This document shows positions 17,025 through 23,926 of a stretch of 23,926 bases of DNA, in pieces. Origin of the DNA: Candidatus Eiseniibacteriota bacterium. GTDB lineage: Bacteria; Eisenbacteria; RBG-16-71-46; JABDJR01; JAWXBZ01. The DNA lies in contig JAWXBZ010000025.1 in the NCBI GenBank assembly GCA_034440375.1, positions 1 through 23,926 of the forward strand, in the 5' to 3' direction. The notes under the pieces are model-generated. The model was not told where the DNA came from. It made no database searches and worked only from the letters and a program-made list of their open reading frames with translations. The number at the start of each line of letters is the position of its first letter. Within the stretch, counting starts at the first letter, position 1. The position numbers and the translations under genes are program-made.

Positions 17025-18243
17025 GCGGCGCCTTCCCCTCGAGGAGATGACTGGTGGTTCGGAGATTGAGATGACTGTTGACGGACAATCCGAGGTGGTT
17101 GATTCCGGGCACATGCCCCCGCCCCTTCAGCTGGTGCAGGAACGCGGCCAGCCAGAGACCGCCGAGTCCGATCGGGGCGGTCAGATCGAGCCAGTGCACG
17201 GAAAATGGCACCATCTCGTGGTGGGCCGGCGCCACGGTGAAAAAAATCTCGACGAGGCGCATGACAAGGATCAGGAGCGCCACCCGCGAGAGGGTTACTG
17301 GATTCCGCTTGACGTATCGGTTGATCAACATCAGGAACGGCACCACGAAGTGGAACAGGATGATGCCGATGCCAAGCACCCCCCACCCGTCGTGGAAACG
17401 TCTCACAAAGTATGGAATTTCCTCGGGAAGATTGCCGGCCCAGATGATCAGCAGCTGGGAAAAGGCCAGATAGGCCCAGAACATCGTGAATGCCAGGAGG
17501 AGGTTGCCAAGGTCGTAGACCGACTGCTTCGTTTCGGCGTCCTGCACCACCCTGTCGCCACCGAGCCAGACCACGACACTGATCAGGAAAGCCATCGTGG
17601 CCAGATTCTGTCCGGCCAGGGAGAGCATCCCGAAAATCGTCGAGTACCAGTGCGGCTCAAGCGACATGATCCAATCGAACGAAGAAAAGGTGACCATCAG
17701 GACATGGACGATGATCAGCGGCCCGCACAGGCGGCGGAGCCGGCGGCCGAGAGGGCCGTCGTTGTTCGTATCCTGTGCCAGCGACATCTTCGTGACGACA
17801 AAGGCCATCAGGCTCCAGAGGCCGAAAAAGACCACCGTCCGCACGACGAGGAACGGGACGTTCAGATAGGGCGCCTTGTGCTGGAGCAGGAGATCACCGG
17901 CGACGACCTCCGGCCGCGCCCACAGGTACAGATCGTGCATGCCGAAGATGAGCGGAATGAAGAGGAGGCCGACCATCGGTATCGTGCGGGCGCCCGATTC
18001 AAGCAGGCGACGGACCGTGACGCCCCAGTTGCCCCCGACGACTGAGTGCAGGAGCAGGATGCCCAGGCTGCCGATGCCGAACCCGGCCACGTAGAAGAAG
18101 GCGGTCAGATAGGACCGGAAGAACTGTTCGCGCGCCAGAAACAAGCCGGCGGCACTGGCCAGAATGCCGATGATGCCGACGATCATGGACCGCTGCGAGA
18201 GACTGGCCAGGCGCTGGCTGTCGGGAAAGAGCGTTGCGGCCAT
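17014..18243 (-). CDS. actF: Alternative complex III subunit ActF (quinol:cytochrome c oxidoreductase membrane subunit)
   Basis: About 10 TMs; 'HKAPYLN', 'DWIMSLEPHWYSTIFG', 'DLGNLLLAF..FWAY..FSQ..IIW.GNLPEE'. Confidence 0.92.
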   Translation of the reverse strand: MAATLFPDSQRLASLSQRSMIVGIIGILASAAGLFLAREQFFRSYLTAFFYVAGFGIGSLGILLLHSVVGGNWGVTVRRLLESGARTIPMVGLLFIPLIFGMHDLYLWARPEVVAGDLLLQHKAPYLNVPFLVVRTVVFFGLWSLMAFVVTKMSLAQDTNNDGPLGRRLRRLCGPLIIVHVLMVTFSSFDWIMSLEPHWYSTIFGMLSLAGQNLATMAFLISVVVWLGGDRVVQDAETKQSVYDLGNLLLAFTMFWAYLAFSQLLIIWAGNLPEEIPYFVRRFHDGWGVLGIGIILFHFVVPFLMLINRYVKRNPVTLSRVALLILVMRLVEIFFTVAPAHHEMVPFSVHWLDLTAPIGLGGLWLAAFLHQLKGRGHVPGINHLGLSVNSHLNLRTTSHLLEGKAPHVG

Positions 18244-18932
18244 CAGTGACCCGTCACTTTACGTTCGCCGGCAGCGCCCTGGCCCGAAGGGGCGCCGGCC
18301 GCCTGATCCAGCCCGGCCCGTTCGGCAGGCGGCACATTGGACAGCGAGCCTCGACCGGCGGTTTGAAGTGTGCGAACCCATGCCACGACGGCCCACCGAT
18401 CCTCCGGCCTAATCTGATACGAGTAGTCGTACATGTTGCCGAATCCGTTCGTGATGACGTCAAAGAAATAGCCGGCCGGCGCTTCGCGCAGCCGCTGAAT
18501 GTGGAAGGACGGCGGCACCTTGTGGCCGCGCTGGACGATCATGCCGTTTCCCGAGCCGGTGAAATCGTGGCAGGGGGAACAGTAGATGTTGAAGCGATTC
18601 CGACCCCGTTCGAGGACTGTCTTGTCGATGGTGAACGGAAACATGTCGGCTGGCTTCCCCGCGATCTTGCCCGTGTAGAACAGCGTGTCCGATCGAAGGT
18701 AGCCGACTGGAATCGTCCCCGGGACTGCCGGACGGACTGATCGCCCGTCAGCGAAGAAGCTGGATTCCCGGAAGCCACGGTATTTGTGCTGGTCCCGCAT
18801 GTCGCGGTGGCAGGCGGTCAGAGATAACAGGGCCAGCAGGCTGGTTCCGAACAGGAGCGTTCGGGTCAGCCGGGCGCTGAAATTCTTGTCGCCGCCGCAA
18901 TCGGCAGCGACGGCATTAGTGCGCAACTTCAT
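18243..18932 (-). CDS. actE: Alternative complex III ActE, monoheme cytochrome c lipoprotein
   Basis: Lipobox LTA|C, 'DMRDQ.KY....ES.FFADG', single CSPCH heme motif, 'GFGNM', 'DRWAVVAWVR.LQ'. The start overlaps the actD end. Confidence 0.92.
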   Translation of the reverse strand: MKLRTNAVAADCGGDKNFSARLTRTLLFGTSLLALLSLTACHRDMRDQHKYRGFRESSFFADGRSVRPAVPGTIPVGYLRSDTLFYTGKIAGKPADMFPFTIDKTVLERGRNRFNIYCSPCHDFTGSGNGMIVQRGHKVPPSFHIQRLREAPAGYFFDVITNGFGNMYDYSYQIRPEDRWAVVAWVRTLQTAGRGSLSNVPPAERAGLDQAAGAPSGQGAAGERKVTGH

Positions 18933-19452
18933 GCACCTCGGTCGGCTTCAAGCCCTGGAGAAACCTGGCCGTGCCTTCGCGATCGAAGCGGGCGTCGCGT
19001 GCCTCGATGCACAGGAAGAACCCGTCCTGTGTGGCTCTTTTGAACTCCGGGACGTTGAAAAGCGGATGGTACGGCATCGGCAGACCGTTCAGGGCCAGCA
19101 TGCCGAAAACCGCCGCGAAGGCGGCCAGCAGAATCGTCAGCTCGAACGTGATCGGAATGTTCATCGGCCAGCTGTGAGTCGGCTTGCCGGCCACGTTCAT
19201 CGGGTAGTCGATGACCGCCGCGAAAACCTGCATGCCGTAACCCGTTAACGCGCCGGCGCACCCACCAAGAAAGACCAGCCAGGCCACCTTGGAATCGTGC
19301 TGGTGCAGCGCCTCGATGACTTCCTCCATCGGATAGGGGGTGTAGGCATCCACCTTGTGGAAGCCCGCCTCATGAACCTTGTAGGCGGCATCGACCAGCG
19401 CCTGCGGCGAGTCGAACTGGGCCAGGAGCCCGTAGATCGGCGGACGATTCAT
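18916..19452 (-). CDS. actD: Alternative complex III ActD (DUF3341)
   Basis: 'YGLLAQF', 'DAYTPYP', 'YPMNVAGKP', 'PITFELTIL', 'NGLP..YHPLF'. The real start is ATG 19452 (TGATG overlap with actC); the 553-aa listed ORF is an upstream over-extension. Confidence 0.93.
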   Translation of the reverse strand: MNRPPIYGLLAQFDSPQALVDAAYKVHEAGFHKVDAYTPYPMEEVIEALHQHDSKVAWLVFLGGCAGALTGYGMQVFAAVIDYPMNVAGKPTHSWPMNIPITFELTILLAAFAAVFGMLALNGLPMPYHPLFNVPEFKRATQDGFFLCIEARDARFDREGTARFLQGLKPTEVHEVAH

Positions 19453-20840
19453 CAGTGGCCGCCCCCCTTCCCCTTCACCGCTTCCGCCTCCGGCAGGATC
19501 ATTCTCATTTCCGAGATGGAAATCATGGGGAGGAACTTGATGAAGGAGAACATCAGGAACAGGAAGAGCCCGATCGTCCCGAAGAACGTGGCGAAATCCC
19601 AGATGGTCGGGTAGTACATGCCCCAGGACGACGGCAGGAAATCGCGATGCAGCGAGGTCACGATGATCACGAAGCGTTCCAGCCACATGCCGACGTTGAC
19701 GAACATGCAGACGGCGAAGAGCAGCCGCATGTCGGTGCGGAACGGCTTGAACCAGAGCATCTGCGGTGCCGCCAGGTTGCAAAGCAGCAGCATCCAGTAC
19801 GACCAGGCGTATGGCCCGAACATGCGGTTCTTCATCATGAACATTTCGTAGATGTTGCCGCTGTACCAGGCGAAAAAAAGCTCCATGGCGTATCCGTAAC
19901 AGACCATCATGCCGGTGGCCAGCATGACCCAGGCCATGTTTTGGATATGGCGCAGGGTGATGAAATCTTCCAGTCGGAAGGCCTTTCGGATCGGAATGGC
20001 CAGCGTCAACACCATGGCGAAACCGGCATAGATGGCCCCGGCCACGAAGTAGGGCGGAAAGAGCGTGGCGTGCCAGCCCGGAATGATGCCAATGGAAAAG
20101 TCGAACGAAACGACCGTGTGCACCGACAGGACCAGCGGCGTGGAGAGGCCGGCCAGGAGAAGGTAGGCCGCCTCGTAGCGAGCCCAGTGCTGGGTGGAAC
20201 CGCGCCAGCCCATGGCCAGCAAGCCGTAGATCCGGGCCGCGATCGGGTTCTTCGCCCGGTCGCGCAGCGTGGCCAGATCGGGAATCAGCCCGACGAACCA
20301 GAAGAGCAGAGACACGGTGGCGTAGGTCGTTACGGCGAACACGTCCCACATGAGCGGGCTCTTGAACTGGGGCCACAGGCCGAAGGTCGTGGGGTAAGGC
20401 AGCAGCCAGTAGAAGAGCCAGGGTCGGCCCATATGGATCAGCGGGAAGAGGCCGGCGCAGGCCACGGCGAAGAGCGTCATGGCCTCGGCGAATCGGTTGA
20501 TCGAAGTACGCCATTTCTGGCGCAGGAGCAGCAGGATTGCCGAAATGAGCGTGCCGGCGTGACCGATACCGATCCACCAGACAAAGTTGATGATGTCGAA
20601 GGCCCAGCCGACCGGGATGTTGTTTCCCCAGATCCCGACACCCTTGTAGAACAGGTAGCCGATGGACACCAGGAGAACGTTCACCAGGATGAAGGCGATG
20701 GTGAACATGATCAGCCAGAAGAGCGGCGGCTTTTCGGTCAGCACCACCGCGCTGATCTTGTCGGTGACCGAGGCGAAGGTATGCCCGGGCGCGACGAGGT
20801 GGCGGCTGTCTGGATTCTCCTGGACCGGGCGTCCGCTCAT
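19452..20840 (-). CDS. actC: Alternative complex III ActC (NrfD/PsrC-family quinol-binding subunit)
   Basis: 'WAFDIINFVWWIGIGHAGTLISAIL', 'INRFAEAMT', 'HMGRPW', 'SPLMWDVFAV', 'PLVLSVHTVVSFDF', 'GMWLERFVII'. Confidence 0.96.
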   Translation of the reverse strand: MSGRPVQENPDSRHLVAPGHTFASVTDKISAVVLTEKPPLFWLIMFTIAFILVNVLLVSIGYLFYKGVGIWGNNIPVGWAFDIINFVWWIGIGHAGTLISAILLLLRQKWRTSINRFAEAMTLFAVACAGLFPLIHMGRPWLFYWLLPYPTTFGLWPQFKSPLMWDVFAVTTYATVSLLFWFVGLIPDLATLRDRAKNPIAARIYGLLAMGWRGSTQHWARYEAAYLLLAGLSTPLVLSVHTVVSFDFSIGIIPGWHATLFPPYFVAGAIYAGFAMVLTLAIPIRKAFRLEDFITLRHIQNMAWVMLATGMMVCYGYAMELFFAWYSGNIYEMFMMKNRMFGPYAWSYWMLLLCNLAAPQMLWFKPFRTDMRLLFAVCMFVNVGMWLERFVIIVTSLHRDFLPSSWGMYYPTIWDFATFFGTIGLFLFLMFSFIKFLPMISISEMRMILPEAEAVKGKGGGH

Positions 20841-20864
20841 CGAGCCGTCATCCTTGCCATCTCC

Positions 20865-23800
20865 TTAGACCTTTCCCATATCGGGGTTCGGGTTCTCGAG
20901 GCGGGCCAGGTAGGTGGTCCGGGGCCGGGTGTTGAGGTCGGTCAGGAGGCCATAATTCCGCGTATCGGCCTTCAATTTCGCCACGCGGCTGTTCGGGTCG
21001 TTGATATCGCCAAAAACGATGGCCTCGGCCGGGCAGGCCTGCTGGCAGGCCGTGACGATCTCGCCATCCCGAATCGGCCGGTTGGCCTTGCGCGACTCGA
21101 TTCGCACCGTGTTGATACGCTGGACGCAGTAGGTGCATTTCTCCATGACGCCGCGCGTCCGGACGGTGACATCCGGGTTGTTCAGGAGTTTCATCGAGGG
21201 TGTCTTGAGATCGGTGTACTGCATGAAATTAAAGCGCCGCACCTTGTACGGGCAATTGTTCGAGCAGTAGCGGGTTCCGACGCAGCGGTTGTAGGCCATG
21301 TCGTTCAAACCTTCGCTGTTGTGAACCGTTGCCGCGACCGGGCAGACGGTCTCACACGGCGCGTTCTCGCACTGCATGCACATGACCGGCTGGTAGTGCA
21401 GGGCCGGGTCATCCAGATCCCCCTCGAAATAGCGGTCGATGCGCAGCCAGGCCATCTCGCGACCACGCCAGACCTGCGACTTGCCGACCACCGGGATGTT
21501 GTTCTCCGCCTGGCAGGCGATGACGCAGGCGTTGCAGCCGACACAGGACGTCAGATCAATGGCCAGGCCCCAGGCATTTCCGTTGTACGGATAGTCCTTG
21601 TAAAGCGTCAGGTCCCTCGGCGGCTCATGCGTGCCGACTTCGTGCGCCCAGTGAGGGTTCTTCTGGTGCTCGGACAGCGAAGCCGAGCGAACCAGGTGGC
21701 GCCCTTCCATCGACTGGTGATCCTGCGTGCAGGCCAACTTCACCTTCTTGCCGGTTTTCTTGATCGTCACACCGCCAGTCCAGTGGAACGAGGAGGCGCT
21801 CCGCAGCTTGTTGGCGTCGAAACCGACGCCGGTGCCCACCCGCCCGGCGCGTGTCCGGCCAAAGCCCAGGTGCACGGTGATCACCTCGGCCGGCTGGCCG
21901 GGCAGGATCCAGACAGGCGCCTTCGTCGTGGCGCCGCCGGCGCCAAGTTCAACCACATGCCCGTTCATGAGGCCAAGGCTCTGAGCCATGACCGGCGAGA
22001 TGAGAGCGACGTTTTCCCATGTCAGCCGTGTCAGCGGCTTCGACAACTCCTGTAACCAGCCGTTGTTGGCATGGCGACCGTCGCCAATGCTCGGATCTGG
22101 GCGAAATGCCAGCACCGGGCCGGTTGAGACAGTGGCCGTTGAAACACCTGCCGGGGCGAACGTCCCCGCATCCCGTATCAGGGCCTGCGAGTGGATGGCG
22201 GCACTCCCGGTCAGGAAACCATCGTGAACGGTTTCGCTCCAGATCGCTTCGAAGTTCGCGCCGCCGGTGGCCGCCTTCCAGGCCTCGCGCACGAGTTCGT
22301 ACCCGGACCGGGCGGTCTCGCCGGTCAGGACGGCCAGAAATTCGTGTACCGACTTCCCCTCGTACAACGGGGCGATCAGCGGCTGGACGATGCTCATCGT
22401 GCCGTCATAGGCGCGGGCGTCGCTCCACGCCTCGAGCGGGTGCGTCTCCGGCACATGCCAGTGGCACAACTCGGAGGTCTCATCCTCGTACAGTCCGAGA
22501 TGAACCCGGAAACCGACCTTGCCGAGCCGGTCGGCGAATTCCATTTCGGCCGGCGCCGTGTAGATCGGGTTGCCGCCCAGGATCAGCAACAGCTGGACGC
22601 GCCCCGCATCCATGTCAGCCACCAGCGTGCGGATCGATTCGAGCTGGTTTTCCGGGCGGGCGGCAATGGGAGCCGTATGAACAACGGGGCCGCCCACGTT
22701 TCCGAGTGCCGCGTTGATGGCATGGACCAGCGCATGAACAGCGGCCGGCTGATGATCGCCCACGAGCACCGCACCCGCACCCGCGTTACTTCGCAAGTCG
22801 GCCGTGAGGCCGGCCACGAAGCGCTGGGTGTTTGCATCCAGAGACCCGCCGGCCAGGGCGCCCGTCACGCCCACCTGGCGGGCGATTTCGCGGACGATCG
22901 GTTCGATCATGTCGGGGCGGACGGCCAGCCGGTGATCGGCGCGGGCCCCGGTGTTCGTGAAGGCGCTTTCGGCCACGTACAGGCGGCTCATCGTGCCCGA
23001 AGGCGCATCGTGATGGGCCGCCGGTTCGTGTCCGTTGTCCGCACCGTGTGCCGCTTTGCCCGGCGTGACGACCCGGCGTCCCCGGGCAAAGTCGCGCACG
23101 TACCGAAGGTGTCCCGGGCCCTCGAACAGAAAATCGCGGTCAAGAGATACGATGACCCGGGCCTCGAGCAGATTGAAATGCGTGTCGACCGCTTCGCCGA
23201 ATGCCATGCGGGCCCCGTCGACAACGTTATCCCGGTTGACCGGCTCGTACTGATGCCAGCGTGCCCCGGGGTAGTCGGCCAGGATTTTCTGCAACTGGGC
23301 GGCCGTGGTCGGTGAGTTGACCGTCTCGGTCAGGATGCGAAGTCCCGAGCCGCCGACCGCCTTCTGGGCGGCCAGGGCCTGCGTCATGGCCTGGACGAAA
23401 CTGTTCCACGGCCGGACCTCCTCCAGGCTCGTGACCACCTGTGAACGATCAGGGTCGTACATCGTGAGGATCGAGGCCTGCATCACCGCGCTGGTGGCGC
23501 CGAGGCTGGCCGGGTGGCGAACATTTCCCTCGATCTTGGTCGGACGCCCCATGTGACTTTCCACGAGGACCCCGGTGGCGGCGCCCCCGTCGAGCAGCGT
23601 CGAGGCGTAATAAAGCGGTTTGCCGGGGATGAACCCCTCGGGCGCCTTCACGTAAGGGAGTATCTTTTCGGCCGGATTTCGCGGCCCGCAACCGGCCAGA
23701 CCGGCCAGTGCCAGCGAGGCGGCCATGACATGCAGGAACTCCCGTCGACTGACGGCATCCGTCCACTCGGAGGCCTGCCGCGGGAATTCGCGATGGAGCA

Positions 23801-23909
23801 GATCGGTGAATTCGGGGGCCTCGGCCAGCTCCTCGAGGCTCCGCCAGTAGACGCGCCCCGTCTTGCCGGCCAGCCGCTCACGAACGGTATCGAGGCTCAG
23901 GCCGGACAT
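20865..23909 (-). CDS. actB: Alternative complex III ActB (molybdopterin-oxidoreductase-like fold + Fe-S domain; Tat lipoprotein)
   Basis: 'YWRSLEEL' leader, Tat motif SRREFL, lipobox LAG|C, '[13 protein letters not shown]', 'YDPDRS'. Fe-S motifs [37 protein letters not shown] and KCTYC...ACQQACP. Confidence 0.96.
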   Translation of the reverse strand: MSGLSLDTVRERLAGKTGRVYWRSLEELAEAPEFTDLLHREFPRQASEWTDAVSRREFLHVMAASLALAGLAGCGPRNPAEKILPYVKAPEGFIPGKPLYYASTLLDGGAATGVLVESHMGRPTKIEGNVRHPASLGATSAVMQASILTMYDPDRSQVVTSLEEVRPWNSFVQAMTQALAAQKAVGGSGLRILTETVNSPTTAAQLQKILADYPGARWHQYEPVNRDNVVDGARMAFGEAVDTHFNLLEARVIVSLDRDFLFEGPGHLRYVRDFARGRRVVTPGKAAHGADNGHEPAAHHDAPSGTMSRLYVAESAFTNTGARADHRLAVRPDMIEPIVREIARQVGVTGALAGGSLDANTQRFVAGLTADLRSNAGAGAVLVGDHQPAAVHALVHAINAALGNVGGPVVHTAPIAARPENQLESIRTLVADMDAGRVQLLLILGGNPIYTAPAEMEFADRLGKVGFRVHLGLYEDETSELCHWHVPETHPLEAWSDARAYDGTMSIVQPLIAPLYEGKSVHEFLAVLTGETARSGYELVREAWKAATGGANFEAIWSETVHDGFLTGSAAIHSQALIRDAGTFAPAGVSTATVSTGPVLAFRPDPSIGDGRHANNGWLQELSKPLTRLTWENVALISPVMAQSLGLMNGHVVELGAGGATTKAPVWILPGQPAEVITVHLGFGRTRAGRVGTGVGFDANKLRSASSFHWTGGVTIKKTGKKVKLACTQDHQSMEGRHLVRSASLSEHQKNPHWAHEVGTHEPPRDLTLYKDYPYNGNAWGLAIDLTSCVGCNACVIACQAENNIPVVGKSQVWRGREMAWLRIDRYFEGDLDDPALHYQPVMCMQCENAPCETVCPVAATVHNSEGLNDMAYNRCVGTRYCSNNCPYKVRRFNFMQYTDLKTPSMKLLNNPDVTVRTRGVMEKCTYCVQRINTVRIESRKANRPIRDGEIVTACQQACPAEAIVFGDINDPNSRVAKLKADTRNYGLLTDLNTRPRTTYLARLENPNPDMGKV

Positions 23910-23926
23910 GGCCGCGCCCGCGGGCG

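Noticed and set aside
19453-20577. Apparent 375-aa N-terminal extension of ActD (553-aa listed ORF)
   Set aside because: It is an alternative frame inside actC, rich in R/P/G/H. ActD homology starts at ATG 19452, which has a TGATG overlap.
19455-22055. 866-aa ORF on the + strand antisense to actC/actB
   Set aside because: It mirrors well-conserved minus-strand genes. Long antisense ORFs are expected with high-GC codon bias, and the translation has no recognisable motifs.
20865-23909. ActB as a molybdoenzyme supplied by the nearby mod operon
   Set aside because: Structurally characterised ActB proteins have the molybdopterin-oxidoreductase fold but no Mo cofactor, so proximity to modABC is not evidence of a link.
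23910-23926. 3' end of actA
   Set aside because: Only 17 bases are visible, with no recognisable heme motif or stop, so it cannot be called.

Overview
GC-rich chromosomal segment from a diderm bacterium, with no rRNA, tRNA, CRISPR array or mobile-element gene recognisable. From left to right: (1) a 5'-truncated DUF2339-type polytopic membrane protein coupled to an exported, C-terminally anchored DUF3999-like protein; (2) a molybdate/tungstate ABC locus, consisting of a divergent excisionase-type HTH + PBP regulator, modA, modB and modC; (3) a minus-strand tldD-tldE(pmbA)-dCMP deaminase operon in which TldD carries a twin-arginine signal; (4) mscL followed by an exported coiled-coil protein; (5) a roughly 12 kb minus-strand respiratory operon encoding alternative complex III (actB, C, D, E, F, G; actA presumably lies beyond the right edge), an SCO copper chaperone and an A2-type caa3 oxidase (subunits II, I, III, IV). 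The most unusual observation is that modB runs in frame, through what looks like an internal Sec signal peptide, into an OprO/OprP-like anion-porin beta-barrel that appears to lack two N-terminal strands. Also notable are a 10-bp-periodic GTAAC array between the regulator and modA, a Tat-signalled TldD with a signal-less partner, and a probable CTG start for the SCO gene. All family calls come from motif recognition by eye, not database searches.
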